DNA of 64,000 nt from an uncultured Leptospirales bacterium (lineage in GTDB: Bacteria; Spirochaetota; UBA4802; UBA5550), in NCBI GenBank assembly GCA_964529965.1, contig CAZHAD010000003.1, forward strand, positions 16,660 through 80,659, written 5' to 3'. The number at the start of each line of letters is the position of its first letter. Position 1 is the first letter of the stretch. This document shows positions 1 through 9,335 of this stretch, in pieces. The notes beneath the pieces are model-generated. The model worked only from the letters and a program-made list of their open reading frames with translations, searched no databases and was not told the origin of the DNA. The translations under genes and the position numbers were made by a program.

Positions 1-612
1 CTGCACCGCCGCGGTGGCGATCGGGGTCCGGGGCCAGAGCGCGTTGACCGCCACACCCCGGTCCCTGAGCTCCTCAGAAAGGCCCAGCACGCACATCGAC
101 ATCCCGTATTTCGCCATGGTGTAGGCGAGCTGATTTTTAAACCAGCGGCCCTCCATGCTCAGGGGTGGTGAGAGCATCAGTATGTGGGGATTTTCGCTCT
201 TTTCCAAATAGGGCAGGGCTAGCTTCGAGACGAGGAAGGTCCCCCTCGCGTTCACCGCGGCCATGAGGTCGTAGCGCTTCATCTCGGTGCCCTCGATGCG
301 GGACAGGCTGATGGCGCTGGCGTTGTTCACCACGATGTCGATGCCCCCGAACTCTGCCGCCCCGAGCTCAATGGCCGCCCGCACCTGGTCCTCGAACCTG
401 ATGTCGCAGACCGCGGCCACCGCCCTGCCCCCGGCCTTTTTCATCTCGTCTGCGGCCGTGTGCACCGTCCCGGGGAGCTTCGGATGCGGATCCGCGGTCT
501 TGCCCACGACCACGATATTGGCGCCGTCGCGCGCGGCACGCAGGCCTATGGCCTTTCCGATGCCCCGGCTGCTTCCGGTTATGAACAAGGTTTTGTTGTG
601 TAAGCTTCCCAT
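1..612 (-). CDS. Short-chain dehydrogenase/reductase (SDR) family oxidoreductase; C-terminus runs off the window edge
   Basis: Absent from the ORF track because it runs off the edge. Reverse-strand translation from ATG at 612 reads MGSLHNKTLFITGSSRGIGKAIGLRAARDGANIVVVGK...VVNNASAI...AYTMAKYG (TGxxxGxG Rossmann, NNAS, YxxxK). Confidence 0.8.
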   Translation of the reverse strand, partial: MGSLHNKTLFITGSSRGIGKAIGLRAARDGANIVVVGKTADPHPKLPGTVHTAADEMKKAGGRAVAAVCDIRFEDQVRAAIELGAAEFGGIDIVVNNASAISLSRIEGTEMKRYDLMAAVNARGTFLVSKLALPYLEKSENPHILMLSPPLSMEGRWFKNQLAYTMAKYGMSMCVLGLSEELRDRGVAVNALWPRTPIATAAVQ

Positions 613-881
613 TGCGCCCCCTTTCAATCTTATTGCATCAGACCTGGCCGGATCTTCTTTCCGGCTGTTATACAGCCCGAAGGATTACCTCTCTTTATTA
701 TATTAAGTATAATAAGCCGGTTAATAAATGTCGAACTATGTTAGTTAGTCAAGTTAGGGATTTTGAGTTTTCGCCCCGGGCCGGGCCACCAACTTGCATT
801 TCAGTAAGCAAAAAAAGCTTGAAATAAAAGTCAGCCTGTCGGATGATGTCAGCGTAGGTGATTGAAGTGCAATGTGAGAAC

Positions 882-910
882 AAAAGAGAGTGGTCAGGCC
901 ACTCTCTTTT
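882..910. terminator. Perfect stem-loop in the rimP-nusA-infB leader (candidate intrinsic terminator/attenuator)
   Basis: AAAAGAGAGTGG-TCAGG-CCACTCTCTTTT: 12-bp perfect stem, 5-nt loop, A-tract and T-tract arms. Ends 18 nt upstream of the rimP ATG. Confidence 0.5.
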
Positions 911-927
911 GTCAAGCAAGCGTAACA

Positions 928-1365
928 ATGGTAAAAGAAACAATTTCTCACATAATTGAGGAGACTGCGCGCAGTCTCGGATATATGATCTATGATTATG
1001 CAATTTATCTGAAAGGAGAAAATACCAGAATCAACGTCAAGATAGACAGCCTGGCCGGGATATCGCATGCGGATTGCGAGGCATTTTCGCACGAATTATC
1101 GCAGGGGCTTGAGGCCGGTGAGATACTTCCGAATTTCTTCCTGGAGGTGTCATCGCCCGGCATCAGGAGGCGCGTGAGGAGCAGGGACGAATTCATGAGG
1201 TTCACCGGCGCCCCGGTGAAAATCGTAAGCCGCACCGACGCCGGCTCCAGGGTCGTAAAGGGCAGGATCGGCGGCGTAACCGAAACCGGGGTCATGATCG
1301 AATCGGAAAAGGGGGAGACGGCGGTGCCGTTCGAAACGATCGACCGCGCCAATCTTGATTATTAA
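928..1365 (+). CDS. rimP: Ribosome maturation factor RimP
   Basis: ORF 862..1365. The internal ATG at 928 gives MVKETISHIIEETARSLGY...FLEVSSPGIRRRV, a RimP-like sequence. Lies immediately upstream of nusA. Confidence 0.85.
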   Translation: MVKETISHIIEETARSLGYMIYDYAIYLKGENTRINVKIDSLAGISHADCEAFSHELSQGLEAGEILPNFFLEVSSPGIRRRVRSRDEFMRFTGAPVKIVSRTDAGSRVVKGRIGGVTETGVMIESEKGETAVPFETIDRANLDY

Positions 1366-1383
1366 GTTGAAGGTGCAACAGCC

Positions 1384-2790
1384 ATGAGCAATAATTTTTT
1401 TGAAGCCTTGCATCAAATCGCGACCGACAAGGGAATACCGAGGGAGCTGATCGAGCAGATCGTCGAGTCCGCGATGCTGTCCGCGTTTAAAAAGCAGTAC
1501 GGCATGGTCGATAACGTGAGGGTCCTGTTTGACCGTGATAAAAACAGCGTCAAGGTCATATCCAAAAAGATGGTGGTCAACACCGCCAGGAACAGGGCCG
1601 AGGAGATATCGTACGCCGAGGCGGTCAAGATCGCGCCTTCCGCGGTGCTGGGAGATGAAATAGAGGTCGACGAAAATCCCCTCGATTCGTTCGGCAGGAT
1701 CGCCGCCCAGACCGCGAAGCAGGTGATCATCCAGAAAATAAAGGAAGCGGAAAAGAACATCATATACAACGAATTCTCGGACAAGGAGGGAGAGCTGATA
1801 AACGGCTTCCTCCAGCGCAAGACAAGGGACGCGATTTACGTCGACCTGGGCCGCACGGAGGGGATCCTCCCCGCGCGTGAGCAGTCCCCTCTCGAGCATT
1901 ACAAGACGGGAGACCGAATCAAGGCGCTCATACTCTCGGTCCAGAAGAACACCAAGGGCCCGAGCATCATCCTGTCCCGGACCCATCCGAAGTTCATCCA
2001 TAAGCTCTTCGAGATGGAGATCCCGGAGATTTACGACGGCGTGGTCAAAATAATGAACATCGTGCGCGAGCCGGGCATGCGGACCAAGGTGGCGGTCACG
2101 AGCGAAAGGGACGACGTCGATTCCGTGGGAGCGTGCGTGGGCATGAAGGGCATACGGATACAATCGATCGTCCGGGAGCTGGAGGGTGAGAAAATCGACG
2201 TGGTCGAGTATTTCGAGGACAAGAAGATAATGACCTCCAACGCCCTCACGCCCTCCAGGGTCATCGAGATCGTGGAAAAGTCGGACGGGGGGGTCATCGC
2301 GGTGGTTGACAACGACCAGAAGCACCTGGCTCTGGGTAGGGCCGGTCACAACGTGAGGCTCGCGTCCAAGCTCTGCGGCTTCGACATCGACATCAAGACC
2401 GAAGATCAGTACCGCGACTTCCTGGCGTCGAGCGAGTCCCGCGCCATCGTTGAGCAGCTGTTCTCGCGTACGGAAGATAACGAGACCCCGCTCTCCGAGC
2501 TGCCCGGGCTTGAGCCGCGTATCATCAAGCTTCTCGAAAACGGCGGCGTGTTCTCGGTCGAGGACCTGGTGGAAAAATCCGTGGAAGAACTCATGGCGAT
2601 CGACGGAATCGGCGAAAAGACCGCCAAGAAAATCCTCGAAATCATCGAGGAAAGCGTCGATTTCGAGGATTACGAGGAAGAATCATCGGAAGGAAGCGCC
2701 GATGAAGGGAGTGCCGAACCCGAGCAGGCCGGGGAACCCGAGAAACAGGAGGAACAGACCGAACCGACCGGGCAGGACACCGGCCAATGA
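1384..2790 (+). CDS. nusA: Transcription termination/antitermination factor NusA
   Basis: 468 aa with typical NusA S1/KH regions (GELINGFLQRKTRDAIYVDLG; GMKGIRIQSIVRELEGEKIDVV) and an acidic C-terminal tail. Conserved rimP-nusA-infB order. Confidence 0.95.
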   Translation: MSNNFFEALHQIATDKGIPRELIEQIVESAMLSAFKKQYGMVDNVRVLFDRDKNSVKVISKKMVVNTARNRAEEISYAEAVKIAPSAVLGDEIEVDENPLDSFGRIAAQTAKQVIIQKIKEAEKNIIYNEFSDKEGELINGFLQRKTRDAIYVDLGRTEGILPAREQSPLEHYKTGDRIKALILSVQKNTKGPSIILSRTHPKFIHKLFEMEIPEIYDGVVKIMNIVREPGMRTKVAVTSERDDVDSVGACVGMKGIRIQSIVRELEGEKIDVVEYFEDKKIMTSNALTPSRVIEIVEKSDGGVIAVVDNDQKHLALGRAGHNVRLASKLCGFDIDIKTEDQYRDFLASSESRAIVEQLFSRTEDNETPLSELPGLEPRIIKLLENGGVFSVEDLVEKSVEELMAIDGIGEKTAKKILEIIEESVDFEDYEEESSEGSADEGSAEPEQAGEPEKQEEQTEPTGQDTGQ

Positions 2791-2867
2791 GGCCGTTGCC
2801 CCTGAAGCCGGAGGCGCGGAAAGGGCGGCCGCATATTGAAGACGAGTAAAGGAAGTTTTACGAATAC

Positions 2868-5201
2868 ATGAAAGCCATTGAAATATCGAGAAAAAACCAC
2901 ATCTCCATGGAAGACATGATCAAGGTATGCATGGAGCTTGAAATCAACTGCGAAGGCGACGATGCGGACCTCCAGCAGAAGGACATCTTTTTAATAGAGA
3001 AGAAGATAGAAGCGATAAAAAAAAGAAAGGCCCACGAAATCGAAGAGAGCAAGAAGGGAAAGAAAATCAAGCTCAAGCGAAGGGTCCAGGTGCACAAGGA
3101 GGGGAAAGAAGCCGCCGGGGAAACCGCCGGAACCAAGAAAACCCCCGCACGGAAGAAAGCCGGCGAGGCGCCCACGCGTGCAGCCGCGCAAACCCGCACG
3201 CAACCCGCAAGGCCCCCGAGGACGGGAAGGCCCGCGCAGGCAAAGGGCCCGGTAAGGCCCGGCGCGCCGCACAGGGACGCCAAGGCCGCCCCCGGCGCGA
3301 AGCCGGCGCCAGCGGCTGAGGGGAAAGACAAAAAAAGAAAAAAGACCAAGGAAAAGGACAAAAAGAAGTACAAAAGAGAGCAGGCCGAAAAGGAAATTAT
3401 ACTTAAAAAGAGGCACGCCGAAGAGAAAAAAAGGGAGGCGGCCGCCCCGGAGGAGATCCACATCACCGAGAGCGTATCGATCGGCGACCTGGCGAAAAAA
3501 CTGAACATCAAGGCGAACGAGGTGATCGCCAAGCTTATGAATCTTGGCGTAATGGCCACGATCAACCAGGTGATCGACGCCGAAACCGCCGAGATCCTCG
3601 CGGGTGAATACGGCACCAGCGTCAGGGTCGTGTCGCTCTACGACGAAACGGTCATCAAGCAGACCGAAGAGAACCGCCCCGAGGACCGACTGCCCCGGCC
3701 GCCGGTCGTGACCGTCATGGGCCACGTCGACCACGGAAAGACGAAGCTTCTGGACGCAATCCGGAAGACCAACATCATGGACCAGGAGCACGGCGGCATC
3801 ACGCAGCACATCGGCGCGTACAGCGTGAAGATCGGCGAGAAAAAAATCACCTTCCTGGACACCCCGGGGCACGAGGCCTTTACCACCATGCGCGCGCGCG
3901 GCGCCAGGGTGACTGATATCGTCATCCTCATGGTCGCGGCCAATGACGGCGTGATGCCGCAGACCATCGAGGCGATCAACCACGCCAAGGACGCCAAGGT
4001 CCCGATCATCGTGGCGATCAACAAGATCGACCTTCCGGACGCGAACCCGGACAAGGTAAGAAACGAGCTCACGAAATACGACCTGATACCGGAGGAGTGG
4101 GGCGGGCACACCCTGTATGCGCAGATCAGCGCAAAATTCGGCACCAATATCGAGGCGTTGCTCGAGCTCATTCTCATCCAGGCGGAAATACTCGAGCTCA
4201 AGGCCAACCCGAAGGTCATGGCGCGGGGCACGGTGATCGAATCGAGGCTCGATCCGGGCAGGGGCGCGGTGTCCACGGTCCTTATCCAGAGCGGCACCCT
4301 GCACGTGGGCGACCCGTTCGTCATCGGCGTGTTTTCAGGCAAGGTCCGCGCCATGTTCGACGACCTCGGCAGGCCGATCGAAAAAGCGGAGCCCTCGACC
4401 CCGGTTGAGGTCCTCGGGATATCCGGGGTGCCGTCGGCGGGCGACCCGTTCGAGGGTGTCGATTCCGAGAAGAACGCGAAGCAATTTTCCCAGAAGCGCC
4501 TCGAGTACAAGCGGGTCGAATCCGCGAAGAAGGTGCGCAAGGTCACCCTCGAGTCCCTTAACGAGATGATCCGCGAGGGAGAGGTGCAGGAGCTCAGGAT
4601 CATCGTAAAGGCGGACGTCGACGGCTCGTGCCAGGCCCTCAGGGAATCGTTGGAGAAGCTTTCCACCGGAGATATACGGGTGAAGGTGATCCACGTCGGC
4701 ACCGGGGGGATCAACGAGTCGGACGTGATGCTCGCCTCCGCGTCAAACGCGGTCATCATCGGCTACCACGTGCGGCCCACGGGCAGGGTTTCCGAGATCG
4801 CGGAGCGTGAAAACGTGTCGATCAAATTTTACAATGTCATCTTCGAGGCCACCGACTCAGTGAAGGCCGCCATGGAGGGAATGCTCACGCCCGAAATCAA
4901 GGAAGAGGTCACCGGATCCGGCGACGTGAAGCAGATATTCAGGATATCAAAGGTCGGGACCGTAGCGGGCGCGATTCTGAATTCAGGCAGGATCGAACGA
5001 AGCTGCAAGGTCAGGCTCATCAGGGGCGGGTTTGTGGCGTTCGACGGCGCGCTGAGGTCCCTCAAGCGCTACAAGGACGACGTGTCCGAGGTGGCCGCAG
5101 GCCAGGAGTTCGGATTCAGCCTGGAGGGGTTCAACGATATCAAGGAAGGCGACTCGTTTGAGGCCTATAAATTGGTCGAGATCGCCAAGACTATGGGGTA
5201 G
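2868..5201 (+). CDS. infB: Translation initiation factor IF-2
   Basis: 777 aa with GTPase motifs GHVDHGKT, DTPGH and NKID. K/R/A/P-rich N-terminal linker. Confidence 0.95.
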   Translation: MKAIEISRKNHISMEDMIKVCMELEINCEGDDADLQQKDIFLIEKKIEAIKKRKAHEIEESKKGKKIKLKRRVQVHKEGKEAAGETAGTKKTPARKKAGEAPTRAAAQTRTQPARPPRTGRPAQAKGPVRPGAPHRDAKAAPGAKPAPAAEGKDKKRKKTKEKDKKKYKREQAEKEIILKKRHAEEKKREAAAPEEIHITESVSIGDLAKKLNIKANEVIAKLMNLGVMATINQVIDAETAEILAGEYGTSVRVVSLYDETVIKQTEENRPEDRLPRPPVVTVMGHVDHGKTKLLDAIRKTNIMDQEHGGITQHIGAYSVKIGEKKITFLDTPGHEAFTTMRARGARVTDIVILMVAANDGVMPQTIEAINHAKDAKVPIIVAINKIDLPDANPDKVRNELTKYDLIPEEWGGHTLYAQISAKFGTNIEALLELILIQAEILELKANPKVMARGTVIESRLDPGRGAVSTVLIQSGTLHVGDPFVIGVFSGKVRAMFDDLGRPIEKAEPSTPVEVLGISGVPSAGDPFEGVDSEKNAKQFSQKRLEYKRVESAKKVRKVTLESLNEMIREGEVQELRIIVKADVDGSCQALRESLEKLSTGDIRVKVIHVGTGGINESDVMLASASNAVIIGYHVRPTGRVSEIAERENVSIKFYNVIFEATDSVKAAMEGMLTPEIKEEVTGSGDVKQIFRISKVGTVAGAILNSGRIERSCKVRLIRGGFVAFDGALRSLKRYKDDVSEVAAGQEFGFSLEGFNDIKEGDSFEAYKLVEIAKTMG

Positions 5202-5312
5202 ATTCAGCTTCCATGGCTGCCTGATATCCCCCCTAAATCCCCGATGGGGGACTCGCCTTTCTTCCCTGAGGGTGGGGTTTTTAGACTGACCTGGACACTG
5301 TATATTTTCATC

Positions 5313-5693
5313 ATGAGCCATAGAAAAGAAAAACTGGAAGAACAGATCAGAAGAATCGTCTCCGAGCTGCTTATCAAGGAAATCAAAGACCCGCGGATCG
5401 GATTCGCGACCATAACCGGGGTCAAGCTCTCCAGGGACTACTCCCAGGCCGCAATAGGAGTATCCGTTTTGGGGAACGCGAAGGACCTGAGAAAAACCAT
5501 GGAAGGCCTGGAGTCGGCGACCCCCTTCATACAATACCGGACGGGCAAAAGCCTTCAAATCAGGGTCGTGCCGAAAATAAAATTTTTCCCGGATTCCTCC
5601 ATCGCCGAAGGAGTGCGAATGGTGCACCTTTTAGACACCCTCGAGCAATCAGAACGCACGCACAAAGACGAAGACGGTGGCACTGACGACTGA
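5313..5693 (+). CDS. rbfA: Ribosome-binding factor A
   Basis: ATG at 5313 inside ORF 5244..5693 gives MSHRKEKLEEQIRRIVSELLIKEIKDPRIGFATITGVKLS. Follows infB. Confidence 0.9.
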   Translation: MSHRKEKLEEQIRRIVSELLIKEIKDPRIGFATITGVKLSRDYSQAAIGVSVLGNAKDLRKTMEGLESATPFIQYRTGKSLQIRVVPKIKFFPDSSIAEGVRMVHLLDTLEQSERTHKDEDGGTDD

Positions 5694-6648
5694 CACCCAA
5701 AAGCACGCCGGGCTGAAATCCCCTGCCGGAGACTTATTGAATTCGGTGCTCCTCATCGACAAGCCGGAGGGGAAAACCTCGCACGAGACCGCGACTGAGG
5801 TGAAGAGGCTGATCCGCGCGGAAAAGATCGGCCATTCAGGAACACTGGACAGGTTTGCCTCCGGCCTTCTCATCCTGTGCACCGGCCGGGCGACGAAGAT
5901 CGCCCGGTTTCTTCTCGAGGACGATAAGACCTACACCGGAACCATGAGGCTCGGCGTGAGCACGGACACGCACGACCGCGAGGGCGCGGTCGTGGATGAA
6001 AAGCCTACGAATGCCGTCGTCGCGGAAGATATCCTGGAGGCGGCCGCCAGATTCAAGGGGGAGCTGGTGCAGGTGCCGCCGCGCTTTTCAGCGCTCAAGA
6101 TACGGGGGGAAAGGGCTTCAGACAGGGCCCGCCGCGGGGAGAATGTGAAGCTGGCGGGCCGCAGGGTGACCGTTTACGATTTCCGGGTCCTCGGCATCGA
6201 TCCGGCGCGCGCGCATTTCGAATTTCAGGTGCGATGCTCAAAGGGGACCTATATCAGGTCGATCGCGCGGGACATGGGAGGTATGCTGGGCACCGGCGCG
6301 CATCTCGCAAGCCTGCGGAGAACGGGCGCAGGAATCTTTAGTATAGACCAGGCCGCCACCATGCCGGCCCTCGATCTGTATCTGAGCGGCGCCCCGGTCG
6401 ACACCGGCTTTATCGTAAGGCCGATTGACGCGCTTGCCAATTACGGCATGGTCGTCGTCTCGAACAGCTGCCGGAACCGCATACTGAACGGGACCTTTTT
6501 CGGAAGGGAGGGGGCGGTAAAAATCATAGATAAAGGGAAAAAATTGTTTATAATCGCGGACGAAGACCAAAATCTTATTGCAATTGCGGACATGAACATC
6601 GAAAAATGGCAGATAAAATATTTGAATGTCTTTAAGGCTGATAATTAG
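5677..6648 (+). CDS. truB: tRNA pseudouridine(55) synthase TruB
   Basis: Catalytic-Asp motif GHSGTLDRFASGLL. Overlaps the rbfA 3' end. The exact start is uncertain. Confidence 0.9.
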   Translation: MALTTDTQKHAGLKSPAGDLLNSVLLIDKPEGKTSHETATEVKRLIRAEKIGHSGTLDRFASGLLILCTGRATKIARFLLEDDKTYTGTMRLGVSTDTHDREGAVVDEKPTNAVVAEDILEAAARFKGELVQVPPRFSALKIRGERASDRARRGENVKLAGRRVTVYDFRVLGIDPARAHFEFQVRCSKGTYIRSIARDMGGMLGTGAHLASLRRTGAGIFSIDQAATMPALDLYLSGAPVDTGFIVRPIDALANYGMVVVSNSCRNRILNGTFFGREGAVKIIDKGKKLFIIADEDQNLIAIADMNIEKWQIKYLNVFKADN

Positions 6649-6780
6649 AAAGGATTTGCCGTAAAACTGTAATAATATTCCGACATTTTTCACCGCCGCC
6701 GCAGGCGGCGGGGGAAAATGTCGATTATAATTTTAGTTTTGCAGCGAATCCGAAGAATAACTCGGAGGATATACCGAAAT

Positions 6781-7038
6781 ATGGATCAAAAACGCGAAAT
6801 CATCGAGAAGTACAAAACCCACGAGAAGGATACGGGCTCGCCCGAGGTGCAGATCGCCCTCCTTTCCGAGCGTATCAACCATCTGACCGAGCATTTCAAG
6901 GTGCATGCAAAAGATTTTCATTCAAGGCGGGGGCTCCTGAAGCTGGTCGGACAAAGGCGGAGGCTTCTCGATTATCTGAAAAAAAAGGATCTTGAGCGCT
7001 ACCGCGGCCTGATCAAGGAATTGGGCATACGGAGATAG
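6781..7038 (+). CDS. rpsO: 30S ribosomal protein S15
   Basis: ATG at 6781 gives an 85-aa protein, [53 protein letters not shown]. Confidence 0.95.
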   Translation: MDQKREIIEKYKTHEKDTGSPEVQIALLSERINHLTEHFKVHAKDFHSRRGLLKLVGQRRRLLDYLKKKDLERYRGLIKELGIRR

Positions 7039-7247
7039 CGACGATCCGAATTTTCAGCGCCATCGAAGATGTGCGGAGCGGCATTGCCATGGAACCGGGG
7101 TATCCGGAATATAGAAGCCAGGCGTTGCGACAACCGCTCAGAAGCTCCGGCTTCCGGCCCGGGGTTGCGGTAACACCCGACTTCTAAATTCTGTCCGGTT
7201 CTTCCGCCGACATCCATGGCGTAAACATCAACAAAGAGGTGCTACAC

Positions 7248-9320
7248 ATGTCTATAGAATGCAGCGTGGACGTTGGGCGGGAGAAGCTTCATTTCAACAC
7301 GGGCTATCTCGCCAAGCAGGCTGACGGCGCGGTCGCGGTCTCGTACGGCGAGGTGATCGTGTTCGCATCAGCGGTCGCATCGCGGGATATCAAGGAGGGA
7401 CAGGATTTTTTCCCCCTCACGGTCGACTACCGCGAGAAATCGTACGCCGCCGGCAAGATACCCGGCGGTTTCATCAAGCGCGAATCGCGGCCGAACGACA
7501 AGGAGGTGCTGACGAGCAGGCTCACGGACAGGCCGCTCCGGCCCCTATTCCCTAAAGACTTCATCAACGAAGTGCAGATAATCATTTACGTATTGTCCGC
7601 TGACCGGATAAACCAGCATGATATCCTGTCGATAAACGCCGCCTCGGCGGCGCTTTCCATATCCGGCATCCCATTCAACGGTCCGGTCGGTGCGGTGCGC
7701 GTTGGTCGCGGCGGCGGCGAATGGATCGTGAACCCCACGTTCGCGCAGTCCGCCGCGAGCGACTTGGACCTCGTGGTCGCGGGGACCAAAACCGCGGTCA
7801 CTATGATCGAGGGATCGGCGAAAAACGTGTCGGAGAGCGACATGATAGGAGCGGTGGAATTCGCCCATCAGCACATAAAAAGGATCTGCGAGACGCAGGA
7901 AGAGCTGACGAAGTCGGTCGACAAGCCCCGGATGAAATACAGGCCCTCCACGCCCGATGAGAAGCTGAGGGAGGAGCTCAGGAAGCGTTACCAGGGCGGC
8001 ATTGAGGAGCTGTCGATCCTAACGGACAAAAAAAAGCGGGAAGCCGCGATGAGAGGCATTATCGAAAAGGCCGTGGAGGAGCTTTCCGAGCTTTTCCCGG
8101 AGACGATAGGACAGACGGCGGGAATGCTCGGCGATATCGACAGGGAAATCGTGCGCGTCCGCATTCTCGACCAGGGCAAAAGGGCGGACGGCCGCGGCGT
8201 CGCGGACATCCGCCCCATCGATATCATGGTGGGCATACTCCCGCGCGCGCACGGCTCCGCGGTCTTCACCAGGGGCGAGACACAGAGCCTCGGCATCACG
8301 ACCTTCGGATCCGTGTCGGACATACAGCGGCTTGACGATATCGAGGGCGAGGGCAAGAAGCGCTTCATGCTCCACTACCACTTCCCCCCCTTCTGCGTGG
8401 GAGAGACCGGCCGGCACGGCGGGGTGGGCCGGAGGGAGATCGGGCACGGCATGCTCGCCGAGCGCGCCCTCCAGTACGTCATCCCGGCCGAGGAGGAGTT
8501 TCCGTACACCATCAGGCAGGTCTCAGAGGTGCTTGAGTCGAACGGCTCCTCATCCATGGCGTCGGTCTGCTCCGCGTCTCTTTCGCTTTTCAACGCCGGG
8601 ACCCCTCTCAAGGCGGCGGTGGCGGGCATCGCCATGGGGCTCGTCATGGAGGGAGACCGGTACGCGATCCTCTCCGATATAATCGGACTTGAAGACCACG
8701 TGGGGGACATGGATTTCAAGGTGGCCGGCACCGAAACCGGGATCACCGCCTTCCAGATGGACATCAAGATCCAGGGCATCACCCCCCAGATCATGCACGC
8801 CGCGCTCGAGCAGGCGAGGGAGGGAAGGCTCCACATCCTGGACGTGATGAAAAAAATCCTGCCCGTACCCGAGAAAGAGCTCTCGCGCTACGCGCCTAAA
8901 ATGAAGATGATACACATCGATCCCGAGAAGATCGGCGAGGTGATCGGTCCCGGGGGCAAGGTGATCAGGAGGATAATAGAGGAGACCGGCGCGGACATCT
9001 CGGTCGAGGATGACGGCTCGGTGACCCTTACCGGCGCGACCCAGGAATCGGTGGAGCGTGCCGAGCAGTACATCCTCGGCCTGACCGAGGAGGTCGAGAT
9101 CAACAAGATCTACGAGGGAACCGTCAAGCGGATCTTCGATTTCGGGGCGATGGTGGAGATCCTGCCGGGCAAGGAAGGGCTCATCCACATTTCAAAGCTC
9201 GATAATCAAAGGGTTAACAAGGTGAGCGACGTCGTGAAGATAGGCGACCGTGTCAAGGTAAAGGTCATTAAAATCGACGACAAGGGAAGGATCGACCTCA
9301 GCAAAAAGGACGCCATCTGA
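7248..9320 (+). CDS. pnp: Polyribonucleotide nucleotidyltransferase (PNPase)
   Basis: About 690 aa with two RNase PH-like halves (GRREIGHG) plus C-terminal KH and S1 regions (GLIHISKL). The ATG at 7248 is preferred over the track start at 7239. Confidence 0.95.
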   Translation: MSIECSVDVGREKLHFNTGYLAKQADGAVAVSYGEVIVFASAVASRDIKEGQDFFPLTVDYREKSYAAGKIPGGFIKRESRPNDKEVLTSRLTDRPLRPLFPKDFINEVQIIIYVLSADRINQHDILSINAASAALSISGIPFNGPVGAVRVGRGGGEWIVNPTFAQSAASDLDLVVAGTKTAVTMIEGSAKNVSESDMIGAVEFAHQHIKRICETQEELTKSVDKPRMKYRPSTPDEKLREELRKRYQGGIEELSILTDKKKREAAMRGIIEKAVEELSELFPETIGQTAGMLGDIDREIVRVRILDQGKRADGRGVADIRPIDIMVGILPRAHGSAVFTRGETQSLGITTFGSVSDIQRLDDIEGEGKKRFMLHYHFPPFCVGETGRHGGVGRREIGHGMLAERALQYVIPAEEEFPYTIRQVSEVLESNGSSSMASVCSASLSLFNAGTPLKAAVAGIAMGLVMEGDRYAILSDIIGLEDHVGDMDFKVAGTETGITAFQMDIKIQGITPQIMHAALEQAREGRLHILDVMKKILPVPEKELSRYAPKMKMIHIDPEKIGEVIGPGGKVIRRIIEETGADISVEDDGSVTLTGATQESVERAEQYILGLTEEVEINKIYEGTVKRIFDFGAMVEILPGKEGLIHISKLDNQRVNKVSDVVKIGDRVKVKVIKIDDKGRIDLSKKDAI

Positions 9321-9335
9321 TCTAAAGGACGGTTG

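Noticed and set aside
2450-2839. An ORF between or over the nusA 3' end that might be the YlxR/DUF448 gene often found between nusA and infB.
   Set aside because: It is almost entirely an alternative frame of nusA. Its product is an R/S/P-rich string with no YlxR-like motif. The true nusA-infB gap is only 77 nt.
1150-4304. Long antisense or out-of-frame ORFs in the track (for example 1150..2349 -, 2991..4304 -, 3638..4759 -). Many similar ones overlie pnp, glyS, malic enzyme and others.
   Set aside because: They overlap genes with unmistakable conserved products. Their translations are low-complexity R/G/A/P-rich strings typical of shadow ORFs in GC-rich DNA.
5221-5255. C-run/G-run hairpins sharing CCCCTAAAT, seen here, at 12820-12840 (CCTCCCCC-TAAAT-GGGGGAGG) and loosely at about 31727-31752, considered as a second repeat family.
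   Set aside because: Similarity is limited to a short C-rich stem and TAAAT, and the third site is poor. That is insufficient to claim a family without a genome-wide count.
7039-7247. The rpsO-pnp intergenic region as an RNase III-processed autoregulatory pnp leader.
   Set aside because: Only short, imperfect local pairings are visible (for example GAAGC-TCCG-GCTTC). I could not trace a long convincing hairpin by eye, so it is left uncalled.
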